From: Verrucomicrobiota bacterium
GTDB lineage: Bacteria; Verrucomicrobiota; Verrucomicrobiia; Chthoniobacterales; Chthoniobacteraceae
Assembly: GCA_003402745.1 (NCBI GenBank)
Contig: QQND01000005.1
Location: 1,357-65,356 of the forward strand
Direction: 5' to 3'
Length of the DNA: 64,000 bases
Part shown: one piece after another, positions 38,551 through 46,646 of the stretch
Numbering within the stretch: the first letter of the stretch is position 1
How the letters are laid out: each line of letters begins with the position of its first letter
Notes under the pieces: model-generated
Told to the model about the DNA's origin: nothing
The model's database searches: none
What the model saw: only the letters and a program-made list of their open reading frames with translations
Program-made: the position numbers and the translations under genes

Positions 38551-40092
38551 TTAAACGTGCACCTTCGGATTTTTTGGAACTGCCTTGTCTGCATCGAGCG
38601 CATCGGCAGCAATCCACCCGCTCATGAGCGCCATGGGCATTCCAGGACCGGGATGAGCGGAGCCCCCTGCGAGGTAAAGCCCTTTCACATCGGGACTCCG
38701 ATTTGAAGGCTTCAAAGAACCGCTGATTCTGCCGTGACTGGCCAGTCCATAAATCGCCCCATGAAGAACCTGATAGCGGTCCTGAATGTCCTGAGGCGTG
38801 AGTATTCGTTCTGTGACAATCCTCTCCTCAAGATCCTCTAAACCTGCGGTGCGCTTAAGCTTATCGATAATCGTACGCCTGTAAGCCGGAAGAATTACCT
38901 TCCAGTCCTGTCCCGGCCGCAGATAGGGGGTGTGCACAAGAACATACAGCGCTTCTCCCCCTTCAGGAGCCACACCGGGCTCCGTTCCCGAGGGAGCGCA
39001 GACATAGCACGTCGGATCAGGCGCGGGTATTCCTTGCTCATAGATCGCATCAAACTCGAGGTGCGGATCGGCACTGAAAACAAAGTTGTGGTGCAGAAGA
39101 TGCTCGTATCGCTTTTTTAAGCCGAGATACAAAACCACCCCCGAACACGCAGGCTCGTACTTGCGCCTCTTTTCAAACTTCCCTGCAACTGGTCCGCCGA
39201 GAAGATCCCTATGGGTGAGAACACTGTCTCGATTCGAAACCACTGCTGAGGCCGCAATTTTTTCTCCGGAAGAAGTTTCCACTCCGACCGTGCGCCCCTC
39301 CTCCACTAAGATCCGGGAGACGGAGACGCCAGTTTCGATTTTAACTCCGAGCTGGACCGCCAGTTTTTCCAGTGCCGCAGGAACAGCCGCAGTGCCTCCA
39401 CGCGGGTACCAAACCCCTTCGCTAGACTGCATGTGGGCGATCCCGCAGAGCACTGCCGGCGACAATTCTGGCGAAGATCCCACATACTGAGTGAAATGAT
39501 CCAGCATCTGGGTGACGCGTTCATCCGGTACGTAGGAACGGAGAAGTCCCGAAACGGTGCGCCCTAGTCGGATGGCCAGCACGTCTTGGAGGGAACCCGC
39601 GCGGACCATATCGCGCGCCGAAAACATATCCATCATTTTGCCGATGGGCCGCCAAAAGAAAACCCTCTCTGAGATATCGGACTGCCGCTTTGAGAGCTCT
39701 AAAAACTTCACGTAGCCATCGCCACTCTTCGTGCCCGGTGAAAATGCGTCTATCCGCTTCGCCATCTCCGGACCATCGGCAACAAGATCGAGCGTTGAGC
39801 CATCCTCGAAAAAACTGCGCCACTGCGGATCGAGACGGACCAAATCCAATTTGTCCTCCAGAGCTTGGCCTGCCTCGGCAAAAATACGCCGGAGCACCGA
39901 GGGAACGGTGACGATTGTCGGCCCCATGTCGAATCTAAAACCCTGCTCCTCATGAACAGCCGCCTTGCCTCCAAGCCAGCTGTTCGTTTCCAAAAGACGG
40001 ACCGTATAGCCTCTTGCTGCTAACGTGCAGCTCGCGGCAAGTCCTCCCAACCCCCCTCCGATTACCAAAATCTGATCCGTTTTTGTCTTCAT
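38551..40092 (-). CDS. Phytoene-desaturase-family oxidoreductase (CrtN/CrtP-like)
   Basis: 'ILVIGGGLGGLAASCTLAARGYTVRLLE' FAD fold and 'GLYLAGGSAHPGPGMPMA' C-terminal motif. Confidence 0.8.
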   Translation of the reverse strand: MKTKTDQILVIGGGLGGLAASCTLAARGYTVRLLETNSWLGGKAAVHEEQGFRFDMGPTIVTVPSVLRRIFAEAGQALEDKLDLVRLDPQWRSFFEDGSTLDLVADGPEMAKRIDAFSPGTKSGDGYVKFLELSKRQSDISERVFFWRPIGKMMDMFSARDMVRAGSLQDVLAIRLGRTVSGLLRSYVPDERVTQMLDHFTQYVGSSPELSPAVLCGIAHMQSSEGVWYPRGGTAAVPAALEKLAVQLGVKIETGVSVSRILVEEGRTVGVETSSGEKIAASAVVSNRDSVLTHRDLLGGPVAGKFEKRRKYEPACSGVVLYLGLKKRYEHLLHHNFVFSADPHLEFDAIYEQGIPAPDPTCYVCAPSGTEPGVAPEGGEALYVLVHTPYLRPGQDWKVILPAYRRTIIDKLKRTAGLEDLEERIVTERILTPQDIQDRYQVLHGAIYGLASHGRISGSLKPSNRSPDVKGLYLAGGSAHPGPGMPMALMSGWIAADALDADKAVPKNPKVHV

Positions 40093-41573
40093 TGTACGTT
40101 TTTGTTTTTTAAACTTTTGCGTGCCTCCCTCCAGGCCAGCACACCACTCTTAATCAGAGAAACTACGCCCGTAAGCCTCGCCCAAATTCCGTTCCCGTGT
40201 GTCAGCCGTATCATTGCCATGGCGAGATCGGCACTGACCTCCTCCGGTTCCAAATGGGCCATTGAGCCCCCGTTGCGAACCTGCAGGACCTTGATGCGCG
40301 TGAGCTCTAGCAATCCCTCTGCTCCGCGCGTCACTCCGTAACCACTACGGCCGGAGCCTCCAAATGGAATTCGAGGATCTGCACTCGGCACAATCAGATC
40401 ATTGACCGTAACCAGCCCGGCGCGAACTTTCAATGCCATCTCGGAGGCTGCGCCAAGGTCCGTTGAAAAAACCGATGCGCCTAGCGCGTATTCACACTGT
40501 GCTGCGGCAGCAAGGGCTTCAGCATCGGAATCTACGGCAATTATACAAAGAATTGGCGAAAAAAAATCTCCGAGATCAGCCATCAGATCGGAAGGCACAT
40601 CCGTGAGCACGTAGGGAGCATCGCTTGTCTCATTTGCTGTATCGCCATAGACAATCCGGGCGCCTCGTCTTAATGCCTCCGCGCGCCATAGGCTAAGAGC
40701 GCTAGACTTCCCAGCGGAGCTCGTTGAAAAGAGCCGGCAGTTCATGGAGTCGAAAGCATCTTTTATTGCCGATTCCAATTCTGCGGCTCGTCCCCGTTCC
40801 ACAAACACCCGCCTCGGAGCCAGACAGGTGCGGCTCTGGTTGAAGGTGAGTCCAAAGCGGAGCGCCTTTGCCACAAGCGTGACGTCGGCATCGCCTCGGA
40901 CAAACACAGCGTCGCAACCCGACAACTCTAGAACCGCTGGAATCGCCCTTTGGGAAAGCGCTTGCAACACCTTTGTTCCGTTAGCAAAGCCTCCGGTGAA
41001 AACAACTTTGTCCACCGGTTCTTTTAACAAAGCTGCACCAGCCTCAACCGTGTCCTCGAGAACAATCAGCAAACCCGCTGGAAGACCGGCTTCTGCACCC
41101 AATTCCGCCAAACGCTGCGCAACGGCACCGCCCCCTGGCGCGGGTTTCCAAACCACTGCATTTCCAGCCACGAGCGCTTGAAGAACTTGGACACCACCTA
41201 GAAAAAGCGGGTAGTTCGAGGGCGAAATAATCGACACCACACCGAGAGGTTCCCTGTGAATTTCAGACCGAACTCCTCCGAGCCACCAAGGCCTGCCACG
41301 GCTCCCCAAAGAACGCCGCGCAAGAAGCTTAACAGCATTCTCTTCAAGGAACACGCAGGCCTCCAGCAACGGAAGAACCTCGGAGAGTAAGACCTCGTGA
41401 ATCGGGTGAGAACTTGAAGCCCCTGCCTCCGCTAAAACTCCACACGAATCTGAAATCCGCCCCCGCAACCTGCGCAACACAAGCAAGCGGGATTCAACCG
41501 AGCCTTGACGCCAACTCCATTGGGCTGCGCGGGCCTGTGCTACGCCTTCCGCAATGTTTGGCGCGACCCTCAT
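40089..41573 (-). CDS. Aldehyde dehydrogenase (carotenoid-aldehyde dehydrogenase-like)
   Basis: 'ELSGCDAVFV' and 'FNQSRTCLAPRRVFV' (catalytic Glu/Cys contexts). The stop overlaps the downstream start (ATGA at 40089..40092). Confidence 0.8.
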   Translation of the reverse strand: MRVAPNIAEGVAQARAAQWSWRQGSVESRLLVLRRLRGRISDSCGVLAEAGASSSHPIHEVLLSEVLPLLEACVFLEENAVKLLARRSLGSRGRPWWLGGVRSEIHREPLGVVSIISPSNYPLFLGGVQVLQALVAGNAVVWKPAPGGGAVAQRLAELGAEAGLPAGLLIVLEDTVEAGAALLKEPVDKVVFTGGFANGTKVLQALSQRAIPAVLELSGCDAVFVRGDADVTLVAKALRFGLTFNQSRTCLAPRRVFVERGRAAELESAIKDAFDSMNCRLFSTSSAGKSSALSLWRAEALRRGARIVYGDTANETSDAPYVLTDVPSDLMADLGDFFSPILCIIAVDSDAEALAAAAQCEYALGASVFSTDLGAASEMALKVRAGLVTVNDLIVPSADPRIPFGGSGRSGYGVTRGAEGLLELTRIKVLQVRNGGSMAHLEPEEVSADLAMAMIRLTHGNGIWARLTGVVSLIKSGVLAWREARKSLKNKNVQ

Positions 41574-41773
41574 GACGCCTCTCTACAAAAATGCCGGCCC
41601 GCTTGCCGCAAATGCGTCTCCGCAAGCCGGCGCCCCGCCCGGACGAACACGCCGCGGTCCCCCCGGACGCGACAGGCTCCCATGACGGGACGACGGCTTG
41701 CAGAGACAACGAGCGCGTTTCCCCAGTGCCGACGGATAACTCTTGGTGCTGATTCGATCACAGAAAATGTGTT

Positions 41774-43357
41774 CTAGCAATGGGAACCCGCTCTGGAGGC
41801 CAATTTGGAGGCGATCGAGCCCCATTCTTGCGTAATGCTGGACTCGAGGTTGAAGTGAGGCTCAGCAACAGGGCTCGGAACCCCAAAGTCTTCGCACAAA
41901 AGCCGGGAGGTGATTCGAGCCCCCTCGTAAATAACGGGCAACCCGCTTCCTGGGTGTGTGCCTCCACCCACGAGATACATTCCATCAATGTCCTCGAAAC
42001 GATTGCGGGGACGAAAATGAAGCATTTGAGAAAGCGTATGGGCCAGATTAAAGGTCGCCCCCTTGTGGATGGAAAAACCATTCTCCCATTCGTCCGGCGT
42101 CAGCATTTTCTCGTATCGGATCCGCTTCCGCAGTCCACTAAAACCCGCCGCCTCCGCGGCCACGAGAAGTCGTTCGCGGAACGCCACCTTGTCTGCCTGC
42201 CAGTTGATGTTCGCGGTTTGATGCGGAACTGGCGCGAGCAAATAAAGCGTGCTGCTACCACTGGGCGCCAGCGACGGATCGGTCACACACGCATTTTGAA
42301 CGTAAAATGAAGGCTCGGAGGGTAATACTTTTAGATCTTCGATCTCCCTCAAGTTTTGCCGGTACTGGCTGGAAATCTGGATGGTGTGATGCGGCATATC
42401 CGGATATTCCCCCTCCACTCCGAGATAGAGCATAAAGGTAGAACACGAGTACTGCTTCGTTTCCAGTTTCGCGTCTGTCCAATTCCTGCGAAGTTTGTCG
42501 GGAACCAAGTGCCCCATGGCATGCGCAAAATCAGCATTCAGCACAACTGCGTCGGCATGGTACATGCCCGCCTTGGTGCGCACTCCCGTGACTCTGCGGC
42601 CACTAAATCGGAGGTCTTCCACCGGTTCGTTGAGACGCACATCCACCCCCATGCGCTGCGCAACACGGGCCATCGCCTGACTCACTTCGCCACAGCCACC
42701 AACGGGATGCCACACCCCATAATCGTATTCCAAGTAGCTGAGAATGCTGAACAAACTGGGACACCGGAATGGAGACATTCCGAGGTACTTGCTTTGAAAG
42801 CTGAAAGCCAAACGGACGCGCTCGTCGGAGAAAAATTTATGCAGGTAACCGTCCACCGACTCCCAGGGCCGTATATGGGGCAGGGAAGAAATCACCTCTT
42901 TGGCCAAGAGACTTCCCCAACCTAAAAACGGCCGCTCCAAGCAGGATCGGATACCGTTGAACTTGGCGCGATTGTCATCCAAAAAACGCCGAAACCCCCC
43001 CTCGTCCGCCGGGCAAATCTGCGCTATTTGCCGCTCCATCTCCTCCGGATTCGGAGTCGCATCTATTTTCCCGCCCGTTCCAAACTGAATTCTGTACTGG
43101 GGATCCAGACGGATCATCTCAACTTCCTTCCGCAAATTGGTTCCCGCGGCGCGAAGGATTTCGTCGAGGATTTTGGGATATAGAAAGAAGGTCGGCCCGA
43201 GGTCGAACCGGAAACCCTCCTCCTCAATGGACGAAGTCCTTCCTCCAACAGTCGTCATTTTCTCGAGCACCGTCACCCGAAAACCGGCCGCCCCAAGGAG
43301 GATAGCAGAGGCCAAGCCACCCGGTCCGGCACCAACGATAACAATTTCTTGTGCCAT
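41774..43357 (-). CDS. Phytoene-desaturase-family oxidoreductase (CrtN/CrtI-like)
   Basis: 'IVIVGAGPGGLASAILLGAAGFRVTVLE' and 'MYLVGGGTHPGSGLPVI'. Confidence 0.8.
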   Translation of the reverse strand: MAQEIVIVGAGPGGLASAILLGAAGFRVTVLEKMTTVGGRTSSIEEEGFRFDLGPTFFLYPKILDEILRAAGTNLRKEVEMIRLDPQYRIQFGTGGKIDATPNPEEMERQIAQICPADEGGFRRFLDDNRAKFNGIRSCLERPFLGWGSLLAKEVISSLPHIRPWESVDGYLHKFFSDERVRLAFSFQSKYLGMSPFRCPSLFSILSYLEYDYGVWHPVGGCGEVSQAMARVAQRMGVDVRLNEPVEDLRFSGRRVTGVRTKAGMYHADAVVLNADFAHAMGHLVPDKLRRNWTDAKLETKQYSCSTFMLYLGVEGEYPDMPHHTIQISSQYRQNLREIEDLKVLPSEPSFYVQNACVTDPSLAPSGSSTLYLLAPVPHQTANINWQADKVAFRERLLVAAEAAGFSGLRKRIRYEKMLTPDEWENGFSIHKGATFNLAHTLSQMLHFRPRNRFEDIDGMYLVGGGTHPGSGLPVIYEGARITSRLLCEDFGVPSPVAEPHFNLESSITQEWGSIASKLASRAGSHC

Positions 43358-43371
43358 TCAATAAGATCCTG

Positions 43372-43575
43372 TTACAGGGGCGTCTTCAAGCCGCACGCCC
43401 GAGCGACGCACCAGCCTTTGAAAGCCTCAAAAAGCATGAACAAGCCGCTCCCACCCAGAGCCACCGCTGCAACCATGTGATCCCGCAAAAAAAACGCTCC
43501 GCCCAGGCAGCACAGCCCGCAAGCACCGCGAACCAAACGGCCGAGACGATCGATGTTTTGCTTGAAGAAACTCAT
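43372..43575 (-). CDS. DUF2892 (YgaP-like) small membrane protein
   Basis: 67 aa with two hydrophobic helices and the terminal 'FKGWCVARACGLKTP' typical of DUF2892. Confidence 0.6.
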   Translation of the reverse strand: MSFFKQNIDRLGRLVRGACGLCCLGGAFFLRDHMVAAVALGGSGLFMLFEAFKGWCVARACGLKTPL

Positions 43576-43637
43576 AAGAGGCGGATGCGTATTTTGAGGG
43601 TGGTCTCTGGGCCGGAAAAGGTCGATACGTTCCCAGT

Positions 43638-43670
43638 CTGCGAAAATTTTGTCAATGTATTGTTTAAGTA
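43638..43670 (-). promoter_or_regulatory. Candidate CarH-type operator: three tandem 11-bp direct repeats overlapping a TTGACA -35-like hexamer
   Basis: The minus strand reads TACTTAAACAA TACATTGACAA AATTTTCGCAG. Repeats 1 and 2 fit nAnnTnnACAn at 5 of 5 fixed positions, and repeat 3 at 4 of 5. TTGACA lies at 43655..43650. Confidence 0.55.
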
Positions 43671-43738
43671 TCTCGAGGAAATGAGTTGATATTGGTTGAT
43701 TTTGTCTATCTTACTGTTCAACTTTACGACAGTCTGAC

Positions 43739-44692
43739 ATGCCCACTTCCGTTTCCATTCAAACCGTTGCCGAACGGACCGGCCTCACGCCCCACGCCAT
43801 CCGAGCCTGGGAGAGGCGCTATGGAGCGATCGAACCGGCCCGCTCAAAAGGCCGCCATCGAATGTATTCGGATTCTGACGTGCGGAGACTGGCACTCCTC
43901 GCTCGCGCAACTCGGGCGGGCAAGTCGATCGGCCGCATCGCACGCTTGGACGACGAAGAATTGAGCGCCATTGTTGCGGAGACTTCGCACAGCACCGCAC
44001 AGTCCTTGAGTGGATGCTTGGATGGAACGCACCGGTTGGCAGAGGCCGCGTTTTTTGAGAATGCGCTGCAGGCGATTCTAGCCCTGGATACGCAGTCGCT
44101 GGACGATACGTTTCAGGCGGCGCAGGTCAAACTGGGGGATCAAGGCTTGCTGAGACGCTTGATCACCCCTTTGGCGAGGGAGGTGGGCGGTCGATGGCGT
44201 ACCGGCCAACTCACCGCGGCTCAAGAGCATTTTTTCACCGCGATGTCCAAGGTGTTTCTGTGGAATCTCACCAGGCAGTACCAACTGGACGCGCATGCCC
44301 CAAAGATCGTGGTGGGAACGCCTGCGGGACAAATCCACGACCTAGGCGCTGTGATTGTGGCTGCTGCAGCCGCAAACAACGGCTGGCGTGTTTCTTACGT
44401 TGGAGCGAGCCTGCCGGCTTTTGAGCTCGCTGGGGCAGTGCAAACGGTTGGTGCCAGGGCAATCGCCCTCAGCATCGTGTACCCCGATGATGACCCAAAA
44501 CTGGAAATAGAACTCTCAAAACTTGGGCGCTTACTCCCCGAGAACGTCCATTTTTATGTCGGTGGCCGGGCCTCGAGTTTTTACCTGCCGGCGCTCAAGC
44601 GTTGTGGAGCCCGCGTACTGGGCTCGCTCGAGGAACTCGACGAAGAATTGGACACAGCTCGAAGAACATCCAATCGCCCCTCACTACCATGA
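43739..44692 (+). CDS. carH: CarH/LitR-type light-responsive regulator (MerR HTH + B12-binding domain)
   Basis: MerR HTH 'IQTVAERTGLTPHAIRAWERRYG'. Wx9EH motif 'WRTGQLTAAQEH' (W codon 44195, EH 44225..44230). B12 lower-ligand context 'GQIHDLGA' (His codon 44336..44338). Confidence 0.85.
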   Translation: MPTSVSIQTVAERTGLTPHAIRAWERRYGAIEPARSKGRHRMYSDSDVRRLALLARATRAGKSIGRIARLDDEELSAIVAETSHSTAQSLSGCLDGTHRLAEAAFFENALQAILALDTQSLDDTFQAAQVKLGDQGLLRRLITPLAREVGGRWRTGQLTAAQEHFFTAMSKVFLWNLTRQYQLDAHAPKIVVGTPAGQIHDLGAVIVAAAAANNGWRVSYVGASLPAFELAGAVQTVGARAIALSIVYPDDDPKLEIELSKLGRLLPENVHFYVGGRASSFYLPALKRCGARVLGSLEELDEELDTARRTSNRPSLP

Positions 44693-45168
44693 TGAATTCA
44701 AAATCGAAGAGCATCCATGAGGAGCAGTGGGTGCCCTTGTCGCAGGACAAAGTATTCGCCTTTTTCTCCAACGCCGAAAACCTCGAAAAGGTAACCCCAC
44801 CTTGGGTCGGATTCCGCATTCTCACAAGCACCCCTATTGTCATGGCTGCCGGAATCATGATCGATTACGAAGTGCGAATCCACCGGCTTCCAATGCGCTG
44901 GCGTTCGGAAATTACCGAATGGGTTCCCCCGCATCATTTTGTTGACGTGCAACGCAAGGGGCCCTACTCGGAATGGAAGCACCGCCACTCTTTCCGCGAA
45001 CTCAATGGCGGGACCTTGGTGACAGATGATGTGGAGTATCTCGTTCCCCTGAGTTGGATGCCCGGGGCGGGATTAGTAGAACGGTTTTTGGTGCGCCCGG
45101 AGCTAAACCGGATTTTCGCGCACCGGCGCTCCGCACTGCGGACGCACTTTGGTTTGCCGCCGGAATGA
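44689..45168 (+). CDS. SRPBCC (START/cyclase-dehydrase-like) family protein
   Basis: About 159 aa with the start overlapping the carH stop (ATGA). 'FFSNAENLEKVTPPW', 'F.D.Q.KGPY..W.H.H.F' pattern. Confidence 0.65.
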   Translation: MMNSKSKSIHEEQWVPLSQDKVFAFFSNAENLEKVTPPWVGFRILTSTPIVMAAGIMIDYEVRIHRLPMRWRSEITEWVPPHHFVDVQRKGPYSEWKHRHSFRELNGGTLVTDDVEYLVPLSWMPGAGLVERFLVRPELNRIFAHRRSALRTHFGLPPE

Positions 45169-45347
45169 GTGCGCCACCACTCTCGACGAACAGCCTTCCA
45201 TTTTTACAGCAGAAAAGCGTCTCGCGAAAAAACAGTCCGTATCTAAATAATGCCCGACTCAAGCCGACGATTTTAGACAGATCTCCCCTTTCCTTCGGAA
45301 TTCAATACTCTCTCCGCTCCCCAAAAACGCAGCAAAACCCTTTAAGC

Positions 45348-46544
45348 ATGCACGATATCAGTCACTCCACACCACTGCCTGGAAAACTTAGCAACGCATA
45401 CAGCCACAGAACTTTCCCGCCCTTCAGCCTGAGCCGCCTGCTGAACACCGTGTTCACCCCAACTCAGGGCTTAAGCGTATGCATCCTCATCGATCTTCCA
45501 GAGCCCGCTTTGATGAAGGATTTTTCCTTTTTGAAAGAGACAAAACTTACGATTCAACGCCATGCCTATGACGTGTTTTTTCAAGGACTCAAGGAAGGCG
45601 TACTCGCAGAGTTGGGGATGTCGGGCGGAGAAATGTTCGCGTATGCTCTCACTGGAGGAAGCAACTTGGATTTACCGGAAACCTGTATCAATGCGGCTGG
45701 TGAGTCGCTTTCCTTTGAAGAAGCAGTCTACAAAAAATACAATCTTGTTCTCTGCGTTTCCACGTACTCAGCCACAGCACCTCTCACGGCCTCGGCCAAA
45801 AAATTTGGGTTCCGCGGCGCTACGCTCCACGGACTGAATGAGATCATCCTGAGCTCCGGGCTTTCGGTGGATTACAATGAAGTGAGCGTTCTGGCGGAGC
45901 GCTTTCGGTCTGGACTCACACGCGCAGACCGCGTTGAGATCGACTTCGTAGCCGGGGGCGAGGCCGCGACACTCCGGCTTGAACTTGGGGGCCAGGAGGC
46001 GCAAAAAAGCCACGGCCTGTGTCCTGGTACGGAACCCGACGTCGCAAACTTGCCTGCCGGAGAAGTCTATTTTGTGCCAGTCACTGCGGAAGGCGCGTTG
46101 CCAATGAAATACGAAGACGGAACCCTAGGCATGATGACTGTCACTGAAGGGCGGATCGTGCACGCACGCCTCCTTTCGGGTTCTGCCGCCACCATCGAGG
46201 CGCACAACGCAAAACTCGCGTTTGATCCCGTCACGGGCGAGTTGGGAGAACTTGGTTTTGGCACCCAGGAACTGCCCCCCAGCGGCCGCGACATTCAGGA
46301 TGAGAAAATCCTAGGCACGCTTCATGTCGCCACCGGACGCAGCGACCATCTTGGAGGCACGCTGACCCCCGATCGGTTCGCAAGCCGCCTGAATGCCACG
46401 CACGATGACGTCCTGTTTAGCTCGACCAAGACCCCCGAGATCCGCGTCCCTCAGGCGCGTGTTTACCGGGCGGGAGAAGTCCACTCAGTGATTGAGGATT
46501 ACTTGCCATCCGCCTACGTTAGACAGCTAATGGCAGGTCAGTAG
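45348..46544 (+). CDS. M29 (aminopeptidase T/PepS)-like protein
   Basis: 'NLPAGEVYFVP', 'ELGFGT' and 'DEKILGTLHVATG' resemble M29 blocks. Start placed at ATG 45348, because the longer ORF overlaps the SRPBCC gene. Confidence 0.5.
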   Translation: MHDISHSTPLPGKLSNAYSHRTFPPFSLSRLLNTVFTPTQGLSVCILIDLPEPALMKDFSFLKETKLTIQRHAYDVFFQGLKEGVLAELGMSGGEMFAYALTGGSNLDLPETCINAAGESLSFEEAVYKKYNLVLCVSTYSATAPLTASAKKFGFRGATLHGLNEIILSSGLSVDYNEVSVLAERFRSGLTRADRVEIDFVAGGEAATLRLELGGQEAQKSHGLCPGTEPDVANLPAGEVYFVPVTAEGALPMKYEDGTLGMMTVTEGRIVHARLLSGSAATIEAHNAKLAFDPVTGELGELGFGTQELPPSGRDIQDEKILGTLHVATGRSDHLGGTLTPDRFASRLNATHDDVLFSSTKTPEIRVPQARVYRAGEVHSVIEDYLPSAYVRQLMAGQ

Positions 46545-46560
46545 TGCCCAAGAAAGCAGC

Positions 46561-46644
46561 GGCCCGCACGCAAGTCTGGCGCGAGCGCAGGAAGGACGAT
46601 TCTTTACTGCGACGGACAGAACCTTTTGTGCGGGCCTTTTTTTT
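46561..46644 (+). terminator. Long imperfect hairpin closed by a 9-bp GC stem and followed by T8 (terminator or attenuator-like)
   Basis: GGCCCGCAC (46561..46569) pairs with GTGCGGGCC (46628..46636). Inner pairs are TCTG/CAGA and CGCAG/CTGCG. T8 lies at 46637..46644, 2 nt before the kinase ATG. Confidence 0.4.
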
Positions 46645-46646
46645 CA

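Noticed and set aside
45054-45347. 5' extensions of several track ORFs (45054.., 19289.., 49805..50533, 33249..34649, 28515..29561, 31146..32318, 22910..)
   Set aside because: The extended parts overlap upstream genes or translate to Arg/Pro-rich non-coding-looking sequence. Internal ATGs give proper N-termini (signal peptides, Rossmann folds) and sensible intergenic spacing.
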